Origin: Bacteroidota bacterium
GTDB lineage: Bacteria; Bacteroidota; Bacteroidia; Bacteroidales; B39-G9
NCBI GenBank assembly: GCA_015222055.1
Contig: JADFUR010000066.1
Span: forward strand, 7,933-71,932
Length of the DNA stretch: 64,000 nt
Reading direction: 5' to 3'
Part shown: piece by piece, positions 1-10,224 of the stretch
How the letters are laid out: the number at the start of each line of letters is the position of its first letter
Numbering within the stretch: position 1 is the stretch's first letter
The notes under the pieces: model-generated
Told to the model about the DNA's origin: nothing
Databases searched by the model: none
Seen by the model: only the letters and a program-made list of their open reading frames with translations
Program-made: the position numbers and the translations under genes

Positions 1-530
1 CCAACAGTAAATTCGTAAGTTACAGAATCAATTTTTGGACAAATGGGCATTGTGCAAGTAGATGTGTATTCATCTCCTTTCCATAAAACAGAAATATTAT
101 AGATATTGCCCGGAACTCCCTGCAATTTTGTTGTCTTATAATAACCGATTTTCCCTCTTGTATTGTCAATCCCAACAAAAGAAGAATCCCATTTATTAGT
201 CTCTGAATTATAAGTATAATCATACTGCTCCGAAAAATCACTTATAAGTGTATCCGAATTGCCGACATTATCAGTAATGATAATTTGAGCATTTAACACA
301 GGTACAAAACGGTTATCAACAAAATAACCCGAAGTATCCATATATTCAAAATTCTCCCCAAATGCGTTTTTCCCTAATGTCAAACGAACAAAATAAGGAG
401 GCTCGCCGTCTGTTATCATTGCATCAATAATAATTTTGGAATCTTGTTCCGGCAAATTCATATTATACTCTTCAGTACAACAGTTGAGCAAAAATAATGT
501 TACGAATAGACATAAATATCTTGTGGTCAT
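1..530 (-). CDS. DUF4249-family lipoprotein (5' part; runs off the window edge)
   Basis: Not in the ORF track. ATG at 530 reads MTTRYLCLFVTLFLLNCCTEEYNMNLPEQDSKIIIDAMITDGEPPYFVRLT...: lipobox Cys and a DUF4249-type N-terminus, directly downstream of a TonB receptor. Confidence 0.8.
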   Translation of the reverse strand, partial: MTTRYLCLFVTLFLLNCCTEEYNMNLPEQDSKIIIDAMITDGEPPYFVRLTLGKNAFGENFEYMDTSGYFVDNRFVPVLNAQIIITDNVGNSDTLISDFSEQYDYTYNSETNKWDSSFVGIDNTRGKIGYYKTTKLQGVPGNIYNISVLWKGDEYTSTCTMPICPKIDSVTYEFTV

Positions 531-535
531 AATTG

Positions 536-2902
536 TTAAAATGATAAATTATAAATTATTGAAGGAACTATTCCATACAAATACATTTTATAAGATTGTA
601 TATTCAAAAAATCGTAATCGTCTTGTTTAAGATATAGAGCAAAAACATTTTTTCTATTATAAACATTGTTAATGGCAAATACCCATTTTGATTTACACCG
701 TTTAGCTTCTTCGCTTTTTTTACTTTTGTAAGTGGCTGCAATATCTAACCTGTGGTATATCGGCAATTTATAGTTATTTCGTTCAGGATAGTCAAAAAAA
801 GTAGCATTATCTACTAAAAATATTTGTGTTGGCACAGTAACAAATCCACCCGATGAAATTTTAAAGGTGGAAGATAACAACCATCTGTTATTGATTTTGT
901 AAATACCAACAGCTGTAAAATTGTGACGAATATCGTAACGTGGTGAATAATCATCATCATTGTTAATACCATTTATTTTATATTTTGTTTTGGCGAGTGT
1001 GTAGCCTAACCAAGCTGTTAGCTTATCAGAGTGTTTCTCTAATAAAAATTCTATCCCAGTACTCCAGCCTTTACCTGCCAATATTTGTGTCTCAACATTT
1101 TTATTCATAAACAAATCTGCATTGTCAACAAAGTCAATAATGTTGTGTAACTGTTTGTAATAAGATTCTATTGTTAATTCTAAGCCTTGATAAAATGTTC
1201 TATAAAATCCTAAAACGTATTGATGTGAAGATTGAGGCTTTATATAGCTGTCAGCAGGCAGCCATACGTCTGTCGGCAAACCTACTGAAGAATTACTAAG
1301 CATATGTAAATATTGCTTGGTGTAGGCATAAGCCAACTTAATAGTATTGTTATTGTTTATCTTAAATCTTACAGAAAATCTTGGTTCTAGTCCATGATAA
1401 AAATTTATTATTTCTCCTTTTGCATAAACAGTGCTGTCAGTAATATTATTCATTAAAGGTGTATAATTGTATACAGTAGCCTGCCCATAATTCATAAAAA
1501 CAGTGTAACGTAAGCCATAGTTTAATGTAAGTCTTTTAGTTATTTTTTGCTCATTATTAAAATATCCTATTAACTCTACAGACCTTTTACCATCCAAAGA
1601 GAAAGGCACTATAATGGAAGTAGTATCTTTGGGTGATATTTTACCGGGTTCAAAGTAGTGATAAACGCTTGACAAGCCTGTTTTTATTCTGTTTTTCTGA
1701 TTTGGATAATAAGTGAAATCATATTTTAAACCTAACTCTTGTATATTAGATTTCCACTCATAGTTGCGAATGTCTTCTTTGATAGACGAATTGTAATTAT
1801 AGTTACTATAATAGGTGCTTAGGTTTGAAAAAAGTTTGCCTGAAAAAAGGTGATTCCATCTTAATGTGCTGGTTAAGTTACCCCATTCCAATTGGTTTTC
1901 ATTATTTAGCGAATAGCAATAAAAATGGTCACGACCTGTATATGTGCTTAAATAAATGTGATTATTCTCGTCTACTTTGTAGTTGATTTTAGCATTGAAG
2001 TCATAAAACGAAATATCGTTTTGATCGTTAAAATCATTTAACGACCTTAATTTCAATGCGTCGCCTCCTATTTTACCTCCAAACAAATTTAATGTTGTGC
2101 CTGCATAACTATATCTACCGGATACAATAAACGATGCTTTTTCTTTGACAATAGGAGCTTCTATACTCAGCCTACTTGCTAAAAGACCAACACCTGCATT
2201 TACTTTCATTTTGTTGTAATTCCCTTCTTTCATTGTAATATCTACTACTGAAGATAATCGACCACCATATTGAGAGGGAAATGCCCCTTTGTAGACAGTT
2301 ACGTTTTTAATTGCATCGGAATTGAAAGTAGAAAAAAAACCTAACGAATGTGTAGGGTTGTAAACAGGTGTTTCGTCTAATATTATCAAATTCTGGTCAT
2401 AATTCCCTCCCCTTACATAAAGGTTACTTGTTCCCTCGTTAGCCACCTGAATACCAGGTAGTAATTGCAAAGACTTTATCACATCCGGCTCACCAGTAAT
2501 TGTAGGAATTGCTTTTATTGTATTGATTGCTATTTTATTTTCACTTGTGCCTACTTCTTCAACACGTGCCCTTTGGGCTGTAACTTTGACCTCTTGCAGT
2601 TTCATATTTTGAGGTGAAAGCAAAATATCTTTTAACATATTGCTTTTTAATTCAACTTTAACTTCAAGAGATTGATATCCAATATAAGAATATACTATCG
2701 TATAATTCCCTCTTGACAAACTTGCAGAATAGAAACCATATTCATTTGAAACAGTCCCCTGTTTCATTTCTTTAACATAAACGGTTGCTCCGATTAGCGT
2801 TTCCCCATTTATAGAATCTCTGACTGTTCCATATACAATATTTATTTGGGAGAATAATCCAATTGAAAAAAAATTTAATATTATTGTTATATATAATCGC
2901 AT
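536..2902 (-). CDS. TonB-dependent receptor with N-terminal carboxypeptidase-regulatory-like domain (copy 3)
   Basis: Signal peptide, GTVRDS..GETLIGATV, plug motif GEPDVIKSLQLLPG..YVRGG..DQNL, YKGAFPSQYGGRLSSVVDI, C-terminal YHRLD..NVYNRKN..YNLSF. Confidence 0.9.
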   Translation of the reverse strand: MRLYITIILNFFSIGLFSQINIVYGTVRDSINGETLIGATVYVKEMKQGTVSNEYGFYSASLSRGNYTIVYSYIGYQSLEVKVELKSNMLKDILLSPQNMKLQEVKVTAQRARVEEVGTSENKIAINTIKAIPTITGEPDVIKSLQLLPGIQVANEGTSNLYVRGGNYDQNLIILDETPVYNPTHSLGFFSTFNSDAIKNVTVYKGAFPSQYGGRLSSVVDITMKEGNYNKMKVNAGVGLLASRLSIEAPIVKEKASFIVSGRYSYAGTTLNLFGGKIGGDALKLRSLNDFNDQNDISFYDFNAKINYKVDENNHIYLSTYTGRDHFYCYSLNNENQLEWGNLTSTLRWNHLFSGKLFSNLSTYYSNYNYNSSIKEDIRNYEWKSNIQELGLKYDFTYYPNQKNRIKTGLSSVYHYFEPGKISPKDTTSIIVPFSLDGKRSVELIGYFNNEQKITKRLTLNYGLRYTVFMNYGQATVYNYTPLMNNITDSTVYAKGEIINFYHGLEPRFSVRFKINNNNTIKLAYAYTKQYLHMLSNSSVGLPTDVWLPADSYIKPQSSHQYVLGFYRTFYQGLELTIESYYKQLHNIIDFVDNADLFMNKNVETQILAGKGWSTGIEFLLEKHSDKLTAWLGYTLAKTKYKINGINNDDDYSPRYDIRHNFTAVGIYKINNRWLLSSTFKISSGGFVTVPTQIFLVDNATFFDYPERNNYKLPIYHRLDIAATYKSKKSEEAKRCKSKWVFAINNVYNRKNVFALYLKQDDYDFLNIQSYKMYLYGIVPSIIYNLSF

Positions 2903-2909
2903 TCTTTTT

Positions 2910-3320
2910 TTATTTTGAGAGTTCTCTTACTATGGCATTTTCGATTTCAGTTTCAGAAAAAGCATCAAACATTTTTCTGTTATTAATAACTATTGTAGGA
3001 GTACCATAAAATCCTAAATCATTTATGTGTTTAAAATTTTGAATTATCTCTTCATAAATAGTAGAATCTTGCATATCTGATGAAAATTGATAAATATCTA
3101 AATCAATTTCTTGTGCTATTGACAATATCTGTTCTTGTTCAAGATTTACAGGTGATTTTTTTAGGTGTGTTTCCATTTTCACACTTTTCATCTCCCTCCA
3201 TATAAGAGGTTCCCACTTTATTAATTAACTCTGTAATAATCTCTTTATTGTTGTTTGTGTCTGTATTTTTTATTACCTCATCTTTTTGACAAGCATAAAA
3301 CCGAGCAATTATTTTATGTT
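2910..3320 (-). pseudogene. Chimeric remnant: lipoprotein N-terminus joined out of frame to the C-terminal half of a DsbA/thioredoxin-fold protein
   Basis: One frame reads IIARFYACQKDEVIKNTD (lipobox-like). The other reads SPVNLEQEQILSIAQEIDLDIYQF...LGFYGTPTIVINN (DsbA cis-Pro GTPT motif) with no CxxC. Confidence 0.6.
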
Positions 3321-5689
3321 TAAAAAATAATTGTATATCCAAGATTAATTAAAACCGGAAATAAGCTTTTTTGGTATAATTTAGTCTCTCCATTTGATGT
3401 TTTAAAAAACAAAAAATATGCATTTTGTCTATTATATAAATTATAAACACCTATTGTCCATTTACTTGATCCTTTTCTCTTTAATTTAACATAATTTAAT
3501 CCCAGATCTAACCTATGATAAGCTGGCATACGATAGCCATTCTTTTCAGAATATATGTGTACGTCATCTAATACAGTACGGTTCCCAATGTAAGAATCAG
3601 AATAATTCACATTAGCAAGCTGATACTTGCCGGAAGGTAGTGTTACACTATTTCCAGAATGATAAAGCCAAGTTCCGGAAAGTGTTATCCTATCATTAAT
3701 TTTCCAATTACATACTACTGAAATATTATGTCTTTGATCATATTTAAAAGAAAAATCCCTACCATTATTTAAATTATCAAAAGTTCGTTGGTTTTTAGAG
3801 AGGGTATACCCAATCCAACCAGTTATAATACCTTCTTTTTTCTGTATTAACAATTCAATTCCTTGGACTTTACCGACACCTCCTGTCTCAACTTTCTCAT
3901 CCCAATTTAGAGAACCATTAAAAACAAGAATTCCTTCTTTATACTCTATTAAATTGTTAAGTTTCTTAAAATACCCTTCGATACTAATTTCATAATTTTT
4001 TTTTGTTGTATGAGCAAATCCCAAAGTAATTTGTTCTGAAGATTCTGGAATTATTTTATTAGTGGAAGGAATCCACAAATCCGTTGGCAAACCCGTATTT
4101 GAATTTGTAAGTAGATGAATATTTTGTTGCATTGAGCAATATGAAGCTTTCACTGAAAATGAGGAGAATAGTAAATAGTTTATAATTATTCGTGGTTCAA
4201 CGGATTGAAACTTTTTATCATTTACAAGATAATAACCTGCCCGCAAGCCAATATTGCCGGACATTTTGTTAAAATCAAAATGATATTCTCCGTAAACAGA
4301 TATATCATCAGCATACAAATCAGTTTTTTGCTCTGGATTGTTTAAAACTGTATCGCTATCATTAAAATTGTTGTTTTGTGAATATGATACCGAACTTGGG
4401 ATGTAATAATGCTTACTGTATTTACCACCTATGCGCAAACTATTTCTAACAAACGGGATTTCAAAATCCGTTTTAATAATTACATCCTGTACTGCTGAAT
4501 TAATCAAATATTCATCCTTTAAAACCGAATTATCTGTCTCGTCAGACCTTTCTGAAAAATTAATACTTTTATATTGATATTTAGTATATGCTAACGTAAA
4601 ATTATTAAATATCTTACCACCAAAAACATGATACCAACGAAGACTTGCAGAACTATTCCCCCATTTTAGTTCAGATTCAGCATTATATATATAACTCTCT
4701 ACAGGATCTTTATTTTCCTTTTCTTTATAAAAAAATTTATCCTTGCCTTGATAAAAATTAACAAATAGTCTATCATTCTTGGATAATATATAATTGGACT
4801 TTAAATTGATATCATAAAATGTATATCCTGAGTTATATGGATTTGATACAAACCAATTATAGAAAGATGAATATAAGTCAAGATTACTTCTCCTTATTGA
4901 AAAAGCAAAGGAAGCTTTATCTTTTATTATTGGACCTTCAATAAAAAGCTTGCTTAATAATAAACTTAAACCAAGTTCCCCTTTATAGTTATACATATTA
5001 CCATCTTTATTACGCACATCCACTACAGAAGATATACGTCCGCCATATCGTGCAGGAAAACCACCTTTATATAATTCAACACTTTTAACCATTGAAGGAT
5101 CAAATACAGAATAAAGCCCACCCATATGGCTAACATTATATAATGGAACATCATCAAGTAAAAATAAATTTTGATCAGGAGTACCACCACGAACATACAG
5201 TCCATTGTTACCTTCGGAACCGGATTGTATGCCGGGCATTAATTGATAAACCTTTAAAATATCTGGTTCGCCTGTTATACTCGGTAATATTTTTATTTGT
5301 TCTAATGGAATTTCAAGTTTGCTTATTTCACATAAATTTTCTAGCTTTTTTTTATTTGCAGTTATTTGCACTTCTTTAAGGTTTATTCCTGCAATAAGAT
5401 ATATATTTACTGCTGTATCTGATTGCGGTCTTACAGTTAAATACAAAGAGCCATACCCAACATATGAATATTGGAAAGTGTAAGTTTCCCTTTTTGTTAA
5501 AACAATGGAATAAAAACCAAATTTATTGGTTACATGTCCAATATGTTTTGTCGTATCATAAATGGTTGCTCCAATTAAATATTCTCCTGAATTTTGATCT
5601 ATGATATAACCACTAAGTGTTAATTTTTGCGAGAATGAAAAAAAATTTAAAATGAATATAAAACTAATACTTAAAATTATTTTTTGCAT
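3320..5689 (-). CDS. TonB-dependent receptor (copy 2)
   Basis: GEPDILKVYQLMPG, YVRGGTPDQNL, YKGGFPARYGGRISSVVD, YRMPAYHRLDLG, terminal F. Confidence 0.9.
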   Translation of the reverse strand: MQKIILSISFIFILNFFSFSQKLTLSGYIIDQNSGEYLIGATIYDTTKHIGHVTNKFGFYSIVLTKRETYTFQYSYVGYGSLYLTVRPQSDTAVNIYLIAGINLKEVQITANKKKLENLCEISKLEIPLEQIKILPSITGEPDILKVYQLMPGIQSGSEGNNGLYVRGGTPDQNLFLLDDVPLYNVSHMGGLYSVFDPSMVKSVELYKGGFPARYGGRISSVVDVRNKDGNMYNYKGELGLSLLLSKLFIEGPIIKDKASFAFSIRRSNLDLYSSFYNWFVSNPYNSGYTFYDINLKSNYILSKNDRLFVNFYQGKDKFFYKEKENKDPVESYIYNAESELKWGNSSASLRWYHVFGGKIFNNFTLAYTKYQYKSINFSERSDETDNSVLKDEYLINSAVQDVIIKTDFEIPFVRNSLRIGGKYSKHYYIPSSVSYSQNNNFNDSDTVLNNPEQKTDLYADDISVYGEYHFDFNKMSGNIGLRAGYYLVNDKKFQSVEPRIIINYLLFSSFSVKASYCSMQQNIHLLTNSNTGLPTDLWIPSTNKIIPESSEQITLGFAHTTKKNYEISIEGYFKKLNNLIEYKEGILVFNGSLNWDEKVETGGVGKVQGIELLIQKKEGIITGWIGYTLSKNQRTFDNLNNGRDFSFKYDQRHNISVVCNWKINDRITLSGTWLYHSGNSVTLPSGKYQLANVNYSDSYIGNRTVLDDVHIYSEKNGYRMPAYHRLDLGLNYVKLKRKGSSKWTIGVYNLYNRQNAYFLFFKTSNGETKLYQKSLFPVLINLGYTIIF

Positions 5690-5693
5690 TTAA

Positions 5694-6647
5694 TTATTTT
5701 ATATAAATTAATTCTTTTGTTGTTCCCCAATATCCTGCAAAAATCCCATAACCATTTACAACATTAGTATACATTGATCGAGGTTCACCCATAAAAATAA
5801 AATCTCTCAGGTCTTCACCTTGGAGTTGTTGATTGAAAACATGCCGAGTGTAATACTTACGATATAGATAATAAGATTTACTAACAGAACGAAGTTCTGC
5901 ATAACATCCACTATTTGTTTCAAACCTAGTATTATACCCCCCTCTTTTAACTTTTAGGGTATAGGTTTCCCCATTAAATAATTCGTCTGAAAAAAATAAG
6001 GATGAAGGTAAATAATCAACATCCCCTTCGTTAAGCAGAACTGGATCGGTAATTTTAACATCTCCATCCCAATTCCAATAATTTTTCTCATTGTCATATT
6101 TATGAAGATGATATATAAGTAGTTCATAATAATTTTCTTCTTGAGGAGGATCAGTAAAAGTTATCATAGCTTCCACACAAAAATCACCATATTCATCAAC
6201 ACCCGCCGGGTAAATTAATATTGCTTTGTCAATATTTACTATGTTTGGTATTGAATCGGATGTGATTATTGATGGTAGCTTATCGGATAACACTTCAACT
6301 TTATATTCCTTATTAGGAATTGGTCGAATATTCGTTTCTAAAATTCCAGATTGTAAAAACGTATCAATTATCAGGTTATTTTCTTCATAAAACAAAAAAT
6401 GCAGCTTCTCATTTATTGAATCATAAGAATTTAAAGGTGAAGTAGTGTATGATAAATTGAAGGTGAAATAATTTTTCGGGTTAAAAACAGAATTTATAAC
6501 CAATGATTTTGTGTCTTCTAATTTGCAATTTAATTCTTTAGTGCAGGATGTATATAGAATTAAAAAAACAATTATTAATACGTTTATTAATGTTAATTTC
6601 CGCAACAAATTTTTGCGGGTATTTTTATTAAAATAGGATTTAAGCAT
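5694..6647 (-). CDS. DUF4249-family lipoprotein
   Basis: Lipobox YTSC, FTDPPQEENYY, FFSDELFNG, LRSVSKSYYLY, EPRSMYTNVVNGYGIFAGY. Confidence 0.85.
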   Translation of the reverse strand: MLKSYFNKNTRKNLLRKLTLINVLIIVFLILYTSCTKELNCKLEDTKSLVINSVFNPKNYFTFNLSYTTSPLNSYDSINEKLHFLFYEENNLIIDTFLQSGILETNIRPIPNKEYKVEVLSDKLPSIITSDSIPNIVNIDKAILIYPAGVDEYGDFCVEAMITFTDPPQEENYYELLIYHLHKYDNEKNYWNWDGDVKITDPVLLNEGDVDYLPSSLFFSDELFNGETYTLKVKRGGYNTRFETNSGCYAELRSVSKSYYLYRKYYTRHVFNQQLQGEDLRDFIFMGEPRSMYTNVVNGYGIFAGYWGTTKELIYIK

Positions 6648-6877
6648 AGGTAAAATTTATGTTAAAAAATAAAGAGCTAATTATAATAACTACCTAACTC
6701 TTTATTAAAATTATTTAGTCATTAAAAATTAAACAAATTGAAAGCAAAAAAAAACAAAATAAAAATTCACAATTCTTAAAGATTTTAAAGAATAAAATAG
6801 ATCTTTCAATTTGCAATTTAGCTTTTCTAAATTTTTTCTTTAATCTTTTATTAATATAATTTGCTATTTTATTTCAA

Positions 6878-9214
6878 TTAAAATATCACAGAATAACTTA
6901 CAAAAGGGGTTATTGGCGCATAAGATATACCAGTTAAAGCATTTCGTTGCGAAGATCTCTCCATATAGAATGGATTTAATCTATTATAAATATTATATAT
7001 TCCCAAATACCATATCCTTGTTGTTTTTTCACGCTTATTAGTATAATTAAAGGCTAAGTCCAGACGATGATATATTGGTAAACGAATATTATTGTAATCT
7101 GAAATATAGCTATATGAAAGACTCGTATTAAGCTCACCAATGTCCTCAATAACAAACCGTTCATACCCATAGGTCTTATTTTGTCCTGACATTAATATCC
7201 AATTAGCTACAAACATAATCTTTTTATTTAATTGATATTCAGTCTGAATGTTCAGATTATGCGGTCTGTCATATATATAGGAAAATTCTTTACCATTGTT
7301 GATATATTCATAAGTCCTGAAAGAGCGGGAATAAGTATATGAGATTTGTCCTTTGATTTTTCCATTGTTCTTTTGTGCAAAAAATTCTATTCCGTATGCT
7401 CTGCCATTTCCAATAGTTACTTTATCTTGCCAGTCTGTTTTTACATCCATAAAATCTGTTCCTTGTTTGTATTTAATAAGATTATCAAGCGTTTTGTAAT
7501 AAATAGAAAGTCCAACATATATATTTTTAAGTAATTTTAGCTTACATCCGGCATCATAAATTTCAGCACTTATTGGGTTTAGGTTTTCTGTTGACGGAAC
7601 CCATAAATCTGTCGGCATCCCCAAACTTGAATTCGTTAGTAAATGCAAATATTGATGAACTTGAGAATATGAAGTCTGAATATTTATATTTTTTGATATA
7701 TTGCAAATCAGGTTCATACGTGGCTCAATAAAATAATAAAGTTTTCCGTTGACATAAAAAGCATTGGCATTAACTCCAAATATTGTATTGAATTTGCCAA
7801 TGGACAAATTATCCTGTGCATATAAAGAATATTCGTAAGCTGTTGCAGTAGCTGAACTTATTTGTTTATCTTTAACAATAGTATCTTTCAAACTCGAATT
7901 ATCAAAAAATTGTTCACTCGTAAAATTTGGAAAAAACTTTTTTTGAGAAACAGTAGCACCAAATTTTATCTTGTTGTTTTTTGACATAAAATAATCTACA
8001 TTTAATTTATAACCCAAATCTTCGATGCCTGAACCATTGTAAAGATCATACTGTTTTGTTACTATGTCGTCTTCAATTTTTTCTTGCACGAAATATTCAT
8101 TTGCCGAATTATATTTATATTTTGTGTAAAATAATGTATTATTCATTGACAATTTATGACCAAATATTTTCATCCAACGTAAAGTTCCGGTATTATTTCC
8201 CCATGCTATTTCTTGTTTTGTATTTATTTTCAAAATATCCGGATCATGATTGTCTTTTTTATCATTTTTAACAAAACCCTTGTCTTTACCGCTATAAAAA
8301 CTTAGATATAAATGGCTTCTTTCCGAAAGTTTATAATTCCACTTAGCATTGACATCATAAAAATAATAACCTGTTATTGTATTATCTGCAATAGCTTTAG
8401 ATATCGGACGAAATAAAGCATCAATGTAAGTCCGTCTCGCTGTAACTATAAAAGAAGATTTATCTTTAATTACCGGCCCTTCAAGTATAAATTTTGACGA
8501 AATAAGACCTATTGTGAATTTTCCTCTTATTTTTCCCAAATCTCCTTCTTTCATATATAAATCAACAACCGACGATACATGTCCATGATATTCTGCCGGC
8601 ATACCGCCTTTTATAAGTTTTACTCTTTTTAGGGCGTCTGTATTGAAAACAGAAAAAAAACCAAAAACATGATTTACATTATAGACAGGTACACCATCAA
8701 GTAAAAATAAATTTTGGTCAGGACTACCGCCTCTCACGTTTAAGCTGGCACTTCCTTCATTGCCACTTGTTACGCCCGGTGCAAGTTGTAATGCCTTTAA
8801 CACATCTGTTTCGCCACCGATAACTGGCATTTTGCTTATTTTTGCCATTGGCAAATTATAATAATTCATTTGTGGAATATCTGCTTTAACAATTATTTGT
8901 TGTAGGCTTATGTCTATTTGATATAAATCTATATTCAATACTGTATCATTCTGACTGTTGATATTTATGGTTTTTTTTCTGTATCCTAACAAAATAATAT
9001 CTAATGTGTTTTTTCCCTTTGGTAAACTTATGCTGTAAAAGCCATATTCATTACAAAAAGTGAATATATTTTTACTTCTTTCAACAATTGCTACACTTAT
9101 TAGACTTTCCCTTGACAATGAATCACGAATTATTCCGCTTACGGTGTGGTTTTGTGCAGTAATTGATGATATATAAATAAAAAAAAGTGTAAAATATAAT
9201 ATTGCTTTTTTCAT
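6878..9214 (-). CDS. TonB-dependent receptor (copy 1)
   Basis: GETDVLKALQLAPGV, NVRGGSPDQNL, RLPIYHRLDL, NIYNRLNPF, terminal YSVIF. Confidence 0.9.
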   Translation of the reverse strand: MKKAILYFTLFFIYISSITAQNHTVSGIIRDSLSRESLISVAIVERSKNIFTFCNEYGFYSISLPKGKNTLDIILLGYRKKTININSQNDTVLNIDLYQIDISLQQIIVKADIPQMNYYNLPMAKISKMPVIGGETDVLKALQLAPGVTSGNEGSASLNVRGGSPDQNLFLLDGVPVYNVNHVFGFFSVFNTDALKRVKLIKGGMPAEYHGHVSSVVDLYMKEGDLGKIRGKFTIGLISSKFILEGPVIKDKSSFIVTARRTYIDALFRPISKAIADNTITGYYFYDVNAKWNYKLSERSHLYLSFYSGKDKGFVKNDKKDNHDPDILKINTKQEIAWGNNTGTLRWMKIFGHKLSMNNTLFYTKYKYNSANEYFVQEKIEDDIVTKQYDLYNGSGIEDLGYKLNVDYFMSKNNKIKFGATVSQKKFFPNFTSEQFFDNSSLKDTIVKDKQISSATATAYEYSLYAQDNLSIGKFNTIFGVNANAFYVNGKLYYFIEPRMNLICNISKNINIQTSYSQVHQYLHLLTNSSLGMPTDLWVPSTENLNPISAEIYDAGCKLKLLKNIYVGLSIYYKTLDNLIKYKQGTDFMDVKTDWQDKVTIGNGRAYGIEFFAQKNNGKIKGQISYTYSRSFRTYEYINNGKEFSYIYDRPHNLNIQTEYQLNKKIMFVANWILMSGQNKTYGYERFVIEDIGELNTSLSYSYISDYNNIRLPIYHRLDLAFNYTNKREKTTRIWYLGIYNIYNRLNPFYMERSSQRNALTGISYAPITPFVSYSVIF

Positions 9215-9220
9215 TTTTTT

Positions 9221-10162
9221 TTAATTTTGAGAAGGAACTATTAAAAAGGAATCTTCGACAGATGATATTCCGGCGAAAACTCCGGTTCCGTTTTTTACGT
9301 TTGAATATATTATAACCGGTTCTGTAAAGGGATTGTCTAACGATTTTAAATATAAATATGAGCTTTTATAAAAAGCATAGGCATCATAAGACAATGAATT
9401 TAACCCCAATTTTATGGGAAATTCTGAAATGTAATCAAATTTATAATCATCAATTTTAAATTTGGTATTTATCGCATAAGTATGACCGTCAAATATCTCA
9501 TCCGAAAAAAAGGCAATTTTTAAAGCAGCTAAAGAAATATTTTCATAGTATTCTCTATTGTAACGGGGTTCAATAGCCGGATCATAAGATATAAAAAACT
9601 TATTACTCCAAAAATCATAATAGTTTGTGGTTCCGGATTTATCTTTAAAAAAAATATTTACTGAAAAATCTAAAATTCCGTCAGGAACAGAAGAAGCTAA
9701 ATTTCTGTCAAAAATAATAGAGTCTTTTAAGGCTTCCCCGTTTATTTGAATAGAATCTATTGGTATTGCTTCCGGAATATATGTTTCAGCATAAACAGTA
9801 TCATAGTCCGGCACATGTATTTTTAAATTATAATGATGTTTTTCTGTCGGTATAAAATATTGCGAATAATACCAACCTTTTTCTACAAAATTAATTTGCG
9901 GAATTTCTTTATAAGTTAATTTTTCCTGAAAAATATTGTCTTCGTATAAATAAACATCGGCTTTGCTAATATAATCTTTATCTGCAAGAATAGTTCCAAA
10001 AAGAGTATCGCCTACTAAATATGATAATCTCACCCTTACAGTATCGCCTGCCTTAAGAAAACAACTTACATTTACCTGAGGTATATGATCAAAGTCATAA
10101 TAAAAATCTTTTCTGCATGACAAAACAGATATAATTATTAAAATTAGAATTGTTTTTTTCAT
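9221..10162 (-). CDS. DUF4249-family lipoprotein
   Basis: Lipobox VLSC, FKDKSGTTNYY, FFSDEIFDG, NPFTEPVIIYSNVKNGTGVFAG. Confidence 0.85.
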   Translation of the reverse strand: MKKTILILIIISVLSCRKDFYYDFDHIPQVNVSCFLKAGDTVRVRLSYLVGDTLFGTILADKDYISKADVYLYEDNIFQEKLTYKEIPQINFVEKGWYYSQYFIPTEKHHYNLKIHVPDYDTVYAETYIPEAIPIDSIQINGEALKDSIIFDRNLASSVPDGILDFSVNIFFKDKSGTTNYYDFWSNKFFISYDPAIEPRYNREYYENISLAALKIAFFSDEIFDGHTYAINTKFKIDDYKFDYISEFPIKLGLNSLSYDAYAFYKSSYLYLKSLDNPFTEPVIIYSNVKNGTGVFAGISSVEDSFLIVPSQN

Positions 10163-10180
10163 AAGTTCTTATTTTAATAA

Positions 10181-10216
10181 AAGGGCTGTCTAAAATATTT
10201 TTTATAAACAGCCCCT
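10181..10216 (-). terminator. Hairpin (GGGCTGT...ACAGCCC) between the 374-aa lipoprotein and the first DUF4249 gene
   Basis: 7-bp GC-rich inverted repeat, followed on the minus strand by TTTT. Confidence 0.6.
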
Positions 10217-10224
10217 GTAATATA

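Noticed and set aside
20-630. ORF-track calls 20..241 (-) and 436..630 (+)
   Set aside because: They are shadow frames of the real DUF4249 gene starting at 530 and the TBDR end.
536-10162. Classical SusC/SusD polysaccharide utilisation locus
   Set aside because: The receptors are short and lack SusC signatures, the partners are DUF4249-type rather than SusD, and no CAZymes are adjacent.
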